DNA of 64,000 nucleotides from Octopus sinensis (taxonomy: Eukaryota): assembly GCF_006345805.1 (NCBI RefSeq), contig NC_043001.1, forward strand, positions 54,746,001-54,810,000, given 5' to 3'. The notes under the pieces were generated by a model. It ran no database searches. It was not told the DNA's origin and saw nothing but the letters and a program-made list of their open reading frames with translations. This document shows positions 38,778-52,552 of the stretch, one piece after another. The number at the start of each line of letters is the position of its first letter. Position 1 is the stretch's first letter. A program made the translations under genes and the position numbers.

Positions 38778-40635
38778 GTAATTTCTTTTTATAGAATATA
38801 CTTTGATAAATCAGTAGATCATCATGTTCAGTGTGGTCCCCTGATATGGAGCTGTTCATTTCAAGGTATGTAGATCATCTTGACACTAACAACAAACATA
38901 TACTATAAATAACTATTACTACAACTATTCTTTTATTAATTGGCTCTGGCTATGGGTTTCACAATAAAAAATATACTCAGGCTCCCTGACAGGAACAAAA
39001 CCATGATTTCCTGTGTGAACGGTAGTGAGGGAGTTACTTACTTATCTTATTTCATGGAGATTGCAAAGTAGTTGCTCTTGATGAACAAAGACTTTGAGTA
39101 GGCAGCCCCACCTTTAGATAACAATTGTTTAGCTACCATCAGCATACAACCTATACTACCACAGATGTTCTTATGTTTTGTGGTCATAGCTTTATTCTCT
39201 TTATTTTATCTAGCCAATTATATGTAAACTTCATATACGAAAATCCATGTAAGAATGGCTTGGCTTCCTAACTATTTTATTCACTAAACATGGCTGTGTG
39301 GTAAGAAGCTTGCTTCCCAACCACATGGTTCCAGGTTCAGTCCCACTGTGTGGCACCTTGGTCAAGAGTCTTCTACTCTAGCCTTGAGCCAACCAAAGCT
39401 GTGTGAGTGGATTTGGTAGACAAAATGAAAGAAGCCTGTCATATATATGTACATTTGTGTGCATATGTTTTTGTGTCTAGGTTTGTGTCTCCCTCTCCCC
39501 CACTTCCTGCCCAGCTTGACAACTGGTGTTTGAGTGATTGCATTTCTGTAACTTAGCAGTTTGGTAAAAGATACCGATAGAATAATTACAAGTCCTGGTG
39601 TTGATTTATTCAACTAAGGCTGTACCTCAGCATGACCACAGTCAAATGACAAACAAAGAAAATATAAAAGTTATATGTGCATGCGCGCGCACACACACAT
39701 ACACACTTTTAATTAAACTCTCAAGATAGATATCAAAACATCTTGATGCAATATCAATATGTCCGATGGCCTTGAGTGCAGGATGTGGTGCTGCAACTAA
39801 AGTTTAGTATCCGGTTTTTTGCTAAAGATATATGCATTCCACCTCATGATATATACATCTGACAAACATCCTGCTTCATGCTAAAGCTGTACACATTCAA
39901 TTAATGATGAGACATAAAAATTGAGCATTCCCAATAATATTTGAGGAGCTTCTGACCTTTACAGAAGTGTCTAGAAGCTTGAAACCTGGATTCGATCTGT
40001 AAATTGGCAAGGCAAGAGACTGAACACTTAGATCTGTCAGTAGGGGTATCTAAGCTTGAATGGTAGATTCTTTATAGAAAAATAATTGCTTAGTGTATTT
40101 TGTAAAACGTTTTGGTGCTGAAATAATTTATGGCAGAGAAAAAGTGATGGATGCAGGTGTGACTTTGTGGATGTGAAGTTTGCTCCCCAACCATCTGGTC
40201 TTGGGTTCAATCCCACTACATGGTTGTAAATGAGCATCATTATCATACAAATACGGTTTTTCCTTTCCAGTTTTCCATGTAAAACATTTTTAACTATGGG
40301 AAAATATTACCTTACTTGGAAACAGGTGAAAGTTGGTAGCAGGAAGTGGACTTTAAATGACGACAGTGTGTAACAGATACTGCTGTGCTTTGAAGCTGTA
40401 TTAACTTTGGGCATCTGTTAATGAGCACTTTATTATACTTCATGGTAATTATCTATCAATAAAGGCATTATTGACAAAACTATTAGGATACTGATCATGT
40501 TTGAAAATGTCCATATTAAAATCTTCCATCATAAGTGTGCAACCTGATAAAATAATTTTTTTAGATGAGATATATATTCACAAAGATAAGCGCATTTGCA
40601 CTTTTAATACATTTTCTTTTTTATTTTTTTTGCAG

Positions 40636-40837
40636 ACTCTTAAAACAGAAATACTTGGCAATGTGACTGACTTCCAAGCTGTCCCAGGTTGTGGATTACG
40701 TTGTAAAGTTTCCAGAGTTGAGCCATTGTTGTCCAACATTGATATTGAGGGTGTTCACAACCGTAGAAATATGGCTGGTAGCCAAAGGGTTAAAATTGAT
40801 AACATTCTTGGTTTAGAAGACAGTCCAATAATTGAAA
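40636..40837 (+). CDS. ATP7: ATP7 exon w14 (202 nt): N-domain FQAVPGCGLRCKV
   Basis: ttgcag|ACT ... AAA|gtaagt, phase 0/1. Confidence 0.95.
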
Positions 40838-42015
40838 GTAAGTTTTTGTTTATTTTGTCCATTTTATTTTTTTATAATTGATTTCTTTTTTCTGTTTTGT
40901 TTAGCTTCTATTTTCCATTCTACCTTTATATTATTAGGAAATTGGATGGATATTTCAGAAATAATTGGTGGAGCAATTATTTTATAATCATTACTGTGTT
41001 CACAACCTGACTGCAAAATTACTATCTTAGCTTGATTTTTGTTCTTTTTAATCAAAGTTGTCTTATCTGATCTGAGTAATATGCCTACCCTGACAATGTA
41101 ATGGAATGTTTCTGATGTAGTTTGGACCAATGATCTATGAGTGACTCTAACATTTCTCCCACGTTTGCTTCATTGTCATAAATGTCACAACCTTGAATAT
41201 TTCCTTCACCGACTGAACTTTAGGTCATATGTATCCTATGAAAAGACGCCAATATGAGTAAGCGGTGAGCAATGAAGACACAGGCTAAGATTATTCTTCT
41301 TGAACACACAGTTTAGTAACTTTCTATCACTAATAACACTATTTAACACAATTTTTGTCCTTGGGTAGCAGCTGTTATTTCCTATTTGCTTACTCCTGGA
41401 AAGTATGAAAAATAGCTAATATTTCCTTCAAACTTTGCTTGTGTTAGATTTTTTCCAAACCCCCAAAGCATTCCTCTCAACAACGTGGTTGTGATGCTCC
41501 CCCTCTACTCCTGCCCAAGATCAGAGATGCACATATTATCAGTCACTAAGGGATATACTCAAGTGGTTAAGCTCAAGCAACTGACAAGCAAATCTTTGAT
41601 ATTGAGCAGAATATTTGCTATAATGATATTTCTGCTTCAATAACTCAGTGCTGAATCTGTCTGAAATGTATTGGGAAATAGGTTAATTTCAAAATGTTGA
41701 TGTCCAGGTCACAAAAGCAAAGTTTGAAGGGAATGGTAGTCATTTTCTTTGATTTCTAGATAGAAGCAAATAGGAGATAACACTTACTGACCAAATACAA
41801 AAAAAAAAAAAAAAATTGTTACATTGTTACACAGTATGATCAAAGACATTCCAGCAGCGATCATTCTAATTTTTTTTACAAGCAGAGTATAGGTTGACCA
41901 ACAGTATTTATTGTATTTCCAAGATGGTTGTATGCAATATGAGGGTGATTTGGCTGCTATTTCTAGCTGGTTGACCATGCCTATCTATCATGTGTTTCAA
42001 TATTTGTTTATTTAG

Positions 42016-42177
42016 GTATGGACACTATTGGTGCTACAGCATCTCAAACCTACGATGTATTCATTGGTAACCGTGAATGGATGCGACGTAATGGACTGGA
42101 GATCACTCATAAAATTAACAGCAGTATGGAAGAACATGAGGAACAAGGTCACACAGTGGTGCTTTGTGCTATTGATG
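42016..42177 (+). CDS. ATP7: ATP7 exon w15 (162 nt): N-domain IGNREWMRRNG...GHTVVLCAID
   Basis: atttag|GT ... ATG|gtaggt, phase 1/1. Confidence 0.95.
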
Positions 42178-43191
42178 GTAGGTTCCTTAATCCTATTGAT
42201 ACCAAATCATCTAAGACCACTTCTGGTTTTGATTTAACAATACTACTTATTTCAAAATGCTCATATTTAAAGTGTGACTTTCTGTTACAATGAATGTTTT
42301 TAGCCATTTTATACTAAATTGCTACAAATTCTTGATTTAAAAAAAAAAAATCAACTGAAATAGTTTGATAATGTATTTCAGTAGAAACATGATCAAAGAA
42401 AGGCTTATATTTTCTACTTATTTGAAATATTTACTTATCTTTTAATTTTCAAAAGTTACTGCTTCTCTATTTCTCATTGATTGGAATATTATTTCTTTGT
42501 CTCCTTTTAGAGCCATCAACTAAAAAACGATAATTTGAATAATTCTATATAAGAAATCATTTCTAGCTTTCTAAAATATTTTGGCTCTTATATATATATA
42601 TATATATACGATTTAAAAAATTTAAAATAGGATAAAATCTTTATAAGAATTTATCAAGTAGTCAGTATGAAAACCTCATAAAGGAAAAATTTATAATTAT
42701 TCCCTTTAAATATATTTATTTACATTAAGGGCATTACTACACATAAATGCCCCAAGCTACGAGAGATTCTTAAAGTCAAAACTACAATAATAAATACACA
42801 GTGTACAGAACGTGAGGAAATGCAACCTTTGAAGCCAAACCTTAAAAACAGATTCAGCCACAAATCATATGATTTCATAGTTAGTGTACATAATCCACTT
42901 CCTAATCATCAGTGCAGGCATAATCAAGACACATAAAAATGAACAAGATCAACATACCAGATGAACACCAAATGTATCCAACATAGTACATAGAGATGTT
43001 CACTCTTATATATCTATGTAAGAGGCTGGCTTTTCAAATTGCATCTAGGTACATTCAGAATAATTCAACACTGAATATATTCCGGTTAAATTTAAAATTT
43101 AAAATAGGATAAAATCTTTATAAGAATTTATCAAGTAGTCACCATGAAAACCTCAGGGAAAAATTTATAATTATTCCCTTTAAATATATTT

Positions 43192-43472
43192 ATTTACATT
43201 AAGGGCATTACTACATGTAAATGCCTCACGCTATGAGGTACTCTTAAAGTCAGAACTACCATAATAAATACACAGTGTACTGAACACGAGGAATGCAACC
43301 TTGTTGGATACATTTGGTGTTCGTCTGGTATGTTGATTTTGTTCATTTTGATGTGTCTTGATTATGACTGCACTGACGATTAGGAAGTGGATTATGTGTA
43401 TTTATTATTGTAGTTTTGACTTTAAGAGTCCCTCATAACTTGGGGCATTTATGTGTAGAAATGACCCTAATG

Positions 43473-43477
<5 letters not shown>
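43192..43477. mobile_element. MITE-like element with ~83-bp inverted arms, followed by (TA)n
   Basis: atttacattaagggcattactac...ataataaatacaca (43192-43274) is an imperfect reverse complement of 43395-43477. Confidence 0.7.
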
Positions 43478-43539
<62 letters not shown>

Positions 43540-43707
43540 AGGTGCAGGAGTGGCTGTGTGGTAAGAAGCTTGCTTCCCAACCACATGGTTCCGAGTTCAG
43601 TCCCATTGCATGGCGCCTTGGGCAAGTGTCTTCTAATATAGCCTCAGGCCAAGCAAAGCCTTGTGAGTGGATTTGATAGACAGAAACTGAAAGAAGCTTG
43701 TTGTATG

Positions 43708-43738
<31 letters not shown>

Positions 43739-45439
43739 TTGTGTCTGTGTTTGTCCACCCAACATCGTTTGACAACCAATGCTGGTGTGTTTACGTCCCC
43801 GTAACTTAGCGGTTCGGCAAAAAGAGACTGATAGAATGAGTACTAGGCTTACAAAGAATAAGTCCTGGGGTCAATTTGTTCGACTAAAGGCGGTGCTCCA
43901 ACATGGCTGCAGTCAAATGACTGAAACAAGTAAAAGAATATATATATGTTTCTGTTTGGGAGAAGGAGAATTAGTGCCCTTAAACCTTTTCAACAGGTCT
44001 TCTCAGACTGGTCAGATAAACCTTTTTGATACCAACCCACCCTGGTGCTATGATATAAAATTCATGTTTAAAAGTGGTTTACATTAAAAACTTAACCAAA
44101 ATTTGCTAAGTTACATTTGAAACAAGCTTAATAATGACAAAGATATTTTAGTAAATTCTTTAGGAGTGCTGTGTGGTAAAAAGCTTGCTTCCCAACTACA
44201 TGGTTCCGAGTTCAGTCCCATTGTGTGAAACCTTGAGCAAGCACCTTCTGCTATAGTCTTGGGTGGGCCAAAGTGCTGTGAGTGGATGTGGTAGATGGAA
44301 ACTGAAAGAAGCTAGTTGCATATATCAGCATTTAATGTCTGCCTTCCATGCTGGCATGGGTGGGACATATGTGTCCCCCCGCCCTCCGACTACCACTTGA
44401 TAACTGGTGTTGGTGTGTTTATGTCCCAGTAACTTTGCAGTTTGGCAAAAGGGACTGGTATAATAAGTACCAAGCTGTAAAAAAATAAGTCCTGGTGTCA
44501 ATCTGTTTGACTAAAATATCCCTTGAAGGTGGTGTTGCAGCATGCCTCAGCCAAAATGACTGAAACAAGTAAAAGAATAATAACAAAAAATTTTTTTAAA
44601 AGATTAACTGAAACAAAAGCAATGTATTTCAGTAGAACTATAATAACAAAAGGGTTAATTCAAAGTTAATAGTGTAATTTATTAGAAGTAGTGCATGAAA
44701 TGGTTAACAAACAAAAACTTTTTTTAAATTAGAAAAATTAAAAAAGAAAGCAAAGCGAATTTTAAAAATTATAAATAACTGTTTTACATTAATTTTTCAT
44801 GGTTTTGTGGGTTGTTTACTGGAGTACTTGTTTTTACAACTGAATGCTCTTCTTTGTGTTATTTACTTAAGCAGAGAAATAATGAATGAACTCTGTTGTT
44901 TGTTAACCTAGAAAATTGTAACAAGCATTGTCAGGTATTTTGTCCCTCAAGGTTACATCAGAATAACAATAAGATATCAACATACAATCATTATGTTGTT
45001 CTTATTTAAATGCAGTTCAGCCCTGATGGACCTGACATATAATCAATGTCATACCAGCTATAAGTATCCTGTCTTGTTATGGGTAGGGTAGGATATCCTC
45101 TTTTTTAAGATAGTAAGGTATAGGTTAAGTGATATTTAGTTATTTCTAGCAAGTTGGTTTCTAATTAGTTTCATAGTCACATGAATTGATAAAGTGCAAC
45201 TGATCTGGAAGCACTTGTCTCAGGTTGTTTGATAGATGGTGATGGTAAACTTAAAGAGACATATAAAATCAGACGTACCAATCTTGAATCAATCATTATT
45301 CACTAACCTGTTTGCTTTGTTTATATTTATCGATGAAAGTTTATTCCTCTCTCGTACACTCTCTGAAGTTTGATTTATCAGTGACTGGCATCCCACTATA
45401 AATTTACTTAGGATTTACTTTCTTCTTAATATTTTGCAG

Positions 45440-45582
45440 ATGAGTTGATGGCAATGTTAGCTGTGGCTGATACTGTTAAGAGTGATGCTCATTTAGCTGT
45501 CAGCACACTGAAAGACATGGGTCTTGAAGTGATTCTTTTAACTGGAGATAATCAAAAAACTGCGAGAGCAATTGCCAAACAG
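45440..45582 (+). CDS. ATP7: ATP7 exon w16 (143 nt): P-domain AVADTVK...[16 protein letters not shown]
   Basis: ttgcag|AT ... CAG|gtaagc, phase 1/0; TGDN motif. Confidence 0.96.
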
Positions 45583-47007
45583 GTAAGCATATAACAAAGA
45601 TATTGAATATTTTGTTTTATTAAATGAATTTTGTTGATTTCTAACTTTCTCCCATCCCTTCCTTGTTACTCATTTGTTACGGTTACTTATTTCCTCTTCT
45701 GAAGTCTTTGATTTGCTGCAGTAATATTGGCATGAGAAAAATGATTTTTATAAGTAACTTATCTTAGAATTAAAGTTTGTTCTCACGGATAATTGTTCAC
45801 CAACCTAAACAGAATTTCACTTTCTCAAAAGATCAAAATTTTCAAACTATCAAGGGGATAGATTCTTACTAATCTCTGTTGTTGTTAAGTATGAGTTAAG
45901 TGCAATTACCTTTAGATTTGTTCTGCACCTAATCATCAAAAACACTTCCTAAATTCATTCCTTGTCTCTGAAGACCACATTCACTGTCATCTTGTTTACA
46001 CAGGTGCTAAGTATAAAAGTTTCCCCAGTCACTTCAACTCAAAAATATACTATCTGTGTCCTAACTATCACCTTCAGTCAGTTTGCCAAAGCTCATTGCT
46101 TGAGATAGTTCTTTTCAGTAAATTCTTTGCACTTACTTTCTTCACACATATCTATAAGTTATAGATGGCAGTGTGTCCCATGCCCCCCAAAGTTACCTTT
46201 GTTAATTGTTGCCCTGTCACATCAGCTTTTAAATTTCATGAATGTGAAGACACTTGTAAATTATCAATTTCATTTTTCTTCCTCCCTGATCATTAGTATG
46301 GTTTCAGTGCAGCTAAAGAGCCCGAAGAGCTTTCCTACTTCACATGAGTTTCAAACGTGTTTGAGATCATCAATGACAGCTATGTTGTTGCTCTTTAACC
46401 ATGTTTGTCATAAAATTGCCTTGCAATACTGCCAACTTATGGTCTACACCTATCTATTTCTTGGGCTGGAAGTTTCTCCTCAGACCATTCTATTACAGTA
46501 TTTGAGATCAAGAACGTCTCCAACCAACATTCTATTGACTCATGATTTGGTTATATTGCATACTGTTCATTCATCATATCAATGAGCAACTTGCTGTTGC
46601 TTCCACACAAACTTTTCTGTGCAAATGAAACCATCTTTCACTCCTCAGTAACCTTTCACATACAGACATCATCATCGTCTACAAGCAGTCTAAATACCTC
46701 CTTTCAGAGCTGCAGTACTTTATAGACAAAGGCCTTGAAAACCTCTTCTGATATGAACATAATAACTATGTCTCCTTTAATAACATCAAACAAGTCACAA
46801 CATTTGTTAAAGGTACAGACTTTCAACAGTACCTTATCAAAACATTGCCAATACATATATTAAGTACTCACTGCTTTTTTTTTATTCCTATATTTCCTGT
46901 AACCGTAATGTTCACTTCTGTAAGTTCCCTTTACTGCTATATCTGACTTACCCATAATGTTCACTACGTTTCAATACTTACCTGTAAAACATTTGCTTTC
47001 ACTCCAG

Positions 47008-47211
47008 GTTGGCATCACAACTGTATTTGCTGAAGTCCTTCCATCTCACAAGGTGAAAAAAATCAAGCAACTTCAAAAGTCCAACAAAAAAGTTGCTATG
47101 GTGGGTGATGGTGTTAATGATTCACCAGCACTTGCTCAAGCAGATGTTGGAATTGCAATTGGCACAGGAACAGATGTTGCAGTTGAGGCTGCAGATATTG
47201 TTTTAATTCAG
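47008..47211 (+). CDS. ATP7: ATP7 exon w17 (204 nt): [40 protein letters not shown]
   Basis: ctccag|GTT ... CAG|gttgga, phase 0/0; GDGVND hinge. Confidence 0.96.
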
Positions 47212-50200
47212 GTTGGATGATCAATTCTTCTTGATTTGTCATTATTGTTTTCTCCTCCTCTTCCTCTCATGTTATACATATACATATGTGTGTGTGTGTG
47301 TGTGTGTGTGTTGTCGTCGTCGTCGCCGCCACCAGTGTTAGCATCAACAATGAAAGTATTAATGATTAATTAATGAATAATGAATTATCTCAGCAAGTTG
47401 GGACACAACTCTAATCTTATGTCCTAATCAGTGAAGCATAGATTTAATGGCTTCTGAATGAGAGACAAATCCAGAAATTTGAGGAAGGAATCCAGTCAGC
47501 TGAATTCACCATCAAAATCAGTTCTGCTGGAGTTCAATGCAGAACAGAAAGACAACTAAATGTTGTTAAACATTTCATCTTCTGCTCTACTAATTCTATT
47601 CATTGGTAACAAGAATGTGAGAGTTTCTGATTTAATCACAAACCCGCATATTGGGGTTGGTAGTAGTTACATTGATTTAATTGACTTCAAGACTTGATTG
47701 CTGCCTTTTGATAATGATTTCTTACGTAGGCTTATTAAGGCCAGAAATTTGGTGGGGGTGGGTGCAATTATTGTTTCTATCAACATTAATATGTGACTAA
47801 TACTTTATTTTATAAACCTCAGAAAGTGTGAAAAACAATGTAGAACCTTGGTAGAATTTGAACTCAGAATGTAAAGAGCTGAAATAAATATACATTTCCT
47901 CAAAGCTCTAATGATTTTCCCCAAGCTATCATCTTGGTGATGATGATAAGGATGATAGTGGCGTCGACTTACACTATCAACATCGTTGTAATTTAGTTCC
48001 AATTTTCATTTTTAATCCATCAAAGTAACGAGCAAAAAGCATACTAAACGTGACCATCCTTGGACTGCATTATCTCCTTCATGTCTTTAAGATTGTGGAA
48101 TGTGATTCTGAAGGAAATTTGGCTGATATCTTTAGCAAGTCGTACACATAAACGGCTCTAAACTAACGTTTACGCTGATTAGAAACTTGATAGGGGGACA
48201 GAAAGCGTTTCAAGGGAGGTAATTCACTCACCTCTAAAACGCAGTTGTAAATCATCTCCCTTGATTTAATAATTTTTTTTTTCTTTCTTTTTTTTTGTCT
48301 GCCAAATGCTCGAATTATCTCGAACACAATTTTCTGAAATTGTTTCTTTGAATTTAGATTATAAAATTGTTACACTGCAAAATTGTATCCGACTTGCAGG
48401 TTTTCCTTTATAACTGGATTCCGCTTCTGTCATCAAATTACTGACAGAATAGACAGTAATTTGATGACCTCATTTTGTAGGATGCTTTACAGAGCAAGGG
48501 AAAGCCTTTTAATTTTACTCAGTGTCTGTTTAGTCGGTAGAGTAAAGAAGCAGCAGAAAATAATTTACCATTGTTTGTACTAAGGTATATCGTACAATAT
48601 CTGGGCTATAAGTGTGATGCTTCATTAGAGGTAACTGAGGTAAGCATATGTTGGTTGCACAATATTAATTTTTCATTTCATTTCATATCAACGTCCACTT
48701 TTCCATGCCTGTATGGGTTGGACGGAATTAATTGAGGCGAATTTTCTACAGACAGATGCCCTTCTTGTCACCAACCCATACCTATTTCTAAGCAAGTTAA
48801 TATTTGTCCCATGGCTAAGGTGGCGAGGTCGCAGAAACGTTAGCATGCCGGGCGAAATGCTTAGTGGTATTTCGTCTGCCGTTACGTTCTGAGTTCAAAT
48901 TCCGCCAAGGTCGATTTTGCCTTTCAGGGTCGATAAATTAAGTCCAAGTTACACACTGGGGTCGATGTAATCGACTTAATCCCTTTGTTTCTCCTTGTTT
49001 GTCTCCTCTATGTTTAGCCCCTTGTGGGCAGTAAAGAAATAAGACACGTTAGCGTGTCGGGTGAAATGCTTAGCGGTATTTCGTCTGTCTTTATGTTCTG
49101 AGTTCATATTCCACCAAAGTCGACTTTGCCTTTCATCCTTTCGGGGTCAATAAATTTAGTACCAGTTGCATACTAGGGTTGATCTAATTGACTGGCCCCT
49201 TCCCCAAAACTTTTGGGCCATGTGCCTAAATTAGAAAAGAATATTTGCCCCAATGACCAGACATGTTCTTGCAGTGTATTGAAAATGAATGACACTGCTT
49301 GTATGATGTTGACAGTCATTTACAAATATGGCACTCTGATATCAGGCAAGGTCACACACACACACACACACACACAACAAGCCGCTTTCAGTTTCCATCC
49401 ACCAAATCTACTCACAAGGCTTTGGTCAGCTTGGGGCTTTAATAGAAGACACTTGTCCAAGGTGCCATGCAGTGGGTCTGAACCCAAAAACGTGTGGCTG
49501 AGAAGCCATGTCTGCTCTTGTCTTATTCTGTATGAAATAACGAAATAGAACTAAGCTGTGAGCCTTATTATCAATTATGTGCAGAAAAGACAATTACATT
49601 GGTATCAACATATTGAGTGGATGATGAGTGTTCAGCAGTGATAGGTGCCATGTAGTAACAGCACAGCACAGATCTGTGTCAATAAAAGAAGAATAAAGAA
49701 ACAGTTGGAAAGACCCTTTGACAGTGCAAGATCAAATTTCTTGGTGCATTGTTCTTATGAGTCTACCATATATATATTTTAATAATAATAATACTAATAA
49801 TGATAATAATGGTTTCAAATTTTGACACAAGGCCAGCAGTTTCAAGGGAGGGAATAAGTTATTTACATTGATCTCAGTGCTCAACTGGTATTTATTTTGT
49901 CAAGCCTGAAAGGATGAAAGGCAAAGTTGACCTTGGTGGAATTTGAAATCGGAATGTAAAGACAAACAAATTGCTGCTAAGCATTTAGCCCAGCTTGCCA
50001 CCTTAATAATAATGATAATGGTTTCAAATTTTGGTGTAAGGTCAGTAAGTTCAGAAGGTTATCAACCCTGAAAGGATGAAAGGCAAAGTTGACCTCAGCA
50101 GAATTTGAACTCAGAACATAAAGATTGACAAAATGCTGCTAAGCATTTTCCCTAGAATGCTCATGGCTCTGCCAGCACACCGTTTTAATAATTATATCAA

Positions 50201-51042
50201 CCCTTTAGCATTCATGTCATTCTGACAATGCTAATGCTAATTGACTCCCATTGTTTTGAATTAATTATGCATTAACTTGTAGCCCTGAGATTTTGATGAG
50301 GTAACTGTTAATTTTTAGAATGATATTATAGGGTTGGTGTGAGAGGCCAGAGCTGGTCAGTTTGCCCATAAAACAGGTAGAATATTTTAGCCAGATGTGG
50401 TCAGTTTAAATGCTAAAGTTTTAATAATTATAATAATCGCTTCTACTAAAGGCACAAGGCGTGAAATTCGCGGGGTGGGGACTAGTCAATTACATCGACC
50501 CCAGTGTTTCACTGATACTTAATTTATCGACCTCGAAAGGATGAAAGCAAAGTCGACCTTGGCAGAATTTGAAATATAATAATAATCCTTTCCAATATAG
50601 GCACAAGGCCTGCAATTTTGGAGGAAAGGGATGACCAATTATATTGATCCCAGTTACTGATTGGTAATTAATTAATCAACCTTGAAAGGCTAAGTCAATT
50701 TTGGCAGAATTTGAACTCAATGTAAAATCTAAAGAAATGCTGCTAAGCTTTTTACCTGGTTTGCTAACAATCCTGTCAGCTTGTTTTTTTATTTAGGCAG
50801 AAAACCAGTATATTTGAGGGGAAGGTGATATTTGATACCATCGACATAGACAGATGAAGTACCGTTAAGCATTTTCCCTGATGTGGTAACGATTCTGCCA
50901 GCTCACTGCCTACTATATTGTGCTAATAATAATGATAACAATAATAATAATAGTTTCAAGGCCAGTAATATCCCTTATCTAATTATCAATATCCTTTATC
51001 TAATTTTATTTTCTTATTTGTTTTCTATTTCATGTCTTTCAG

Positions 51043-51160
51043 AATAGTCTTATCGATGTTGTTGCTGCCATTAAATTATCAAAAATGACTGTCCGACGAA
51101 TTAGAATTAACTTTTTTGCTGCTTCAATTTACAATCTATTGGGTATTCCAATTGCTGCTG
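51043..51160 (+). CDS. ATP7: ATP7 exon w18 (118 nt): TM7 with YN ([22 protein letters not shown])
   Basis: tttcag|AAT ... CTG|gtgaga, phase 0/1. Confidence 0.96.
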
Positions 51161-51292
51161 GTGAGATATCATTACATATTTCTACATCAATCTATCATTA
51201 TATCAGTAAATATTAATACATTGGTATCATTTCACATTATTATTATAAACTATTGGCTAAGCTCACTGTTTAATTAACAAATCATGTTAATT

Positions 51293-51821
51293 TAGGGCCA
51301 TTCGTACCATCCTCGTGTAGCATCAATTTATTCCATTTGATAATTTCTTTGTCAATGTCGATGTTTCACTGTCATATAATAGCATTGATTCAGTGATTGC
51401 AGTGAGCAGCTTGATTTTGATTTGCCTGGGCAATTTGGAGTTCCAGACTTTCTTTAGTTTGTGACATGCTTGTGCCTTCTTGATGTGAAATGGCAGCCAC
51501 TTGTGACAATCAAATGCCTTTATGGAGACCTGCTGAAAGTTAGTGAGAAGATCAGGCAAAAATAGCTGCAACTATCTGGTCACTGTGTGCACCACCTAGA
51601 ACTGGAAGCACCCAGATTAGTCTTCTGGAACTCACTTGATGGTGATGTAAGAAAAGGAAAATGTCATCACACTTACATCGACAACTTGATTGCAGATACT
51701 GGCCTGGAATGTATCCAGGACCTCAAGGCAGCGATGATGGACCAAGAAGTATGGCAGGTAGACTTTATTGCTGCAGCCTGGGTTGGAACTCAGCCATAAT
51801 CATAAAAATAATACCAATAAT
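51293..51821 (+). mobile_element. 5'-truncated, 5'-inverted RTE-clade LINE with 13-bp TSD
   Basis: Minus segment KKVWNSKL...ESMLLYDSETSTL...CYTRMVRMALN; plus segment LYGDL...GHCVHH...TYIDNLIADTGL; TSD aatcatgttaatt (51280-51292) and aatcacgttaatt (51822-51834). Confidence 0.85.
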
Positions 51822-52552
51822 AATCACGTTAATTATGTTAATCATATTTTTGTCCAATGTTCTTTTCATTTAGGAATAGATTTTGAAACTTTATAGTGAA
51901 GAGGCACAATACCTATGAAACCATAGTGATAGATTCAAGTCTTAATACAGCTTTACTTTTGTGCCCATGAACAAAGGCCATAATCTGTTTGTTGGTTTTT
52001 TTTTTTTTGGTTCAATTGTTATTTTACATTTGAATAGTAAGCATTAGGAAGAACATCTAGCCATTAAAGTATTGTTCCAACTATATCAAAATGCTCTATT
52101 TTCATCTTTGTATTGTACATAACTAACTTTTCCTATCTTGATTTAATTTGTTGCCCAGTTTAATACTTCTTCTTGGTCTTTGGGTGTTTTTAGCAGAGTT
52201 CACTCTGTTACAAGCATCCAGGTTTGATCCCCAGTTTGTAGAAATAAAATCACATACACACACACACTCTCTTTCTCTCTCTCTCTCTCTGTTTCTCTCT
52301 CACATTGGATTTTTAACCAGAAAAAATGTAGAGTACTGAATATATGTTATAAAGTTTAATTGTTAATTTATTGGAAGCTGAAGCTATTAGCAACATTCAT
52401 TAAAAAAAAAAAGGAGTGTGTTTGTGTGTTTGTGTTTGAGAGAGAGAATGTGTGTATTGATATCTGCTTATGTAACTCTGTTTCTAGTTCTGATATTTTA
52501 ACTGTAGCATCTTTATCATTAACTGTTTTTAATTTCTTTTACTTCTTTTCAG

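Noticed and set aside
46127-46585. 152-aa intronic ORF
   Set aside because: Starts at a non-ATG codon, has no recognisable motif or flanking exon logic, and is likely decayed repeat sequence.
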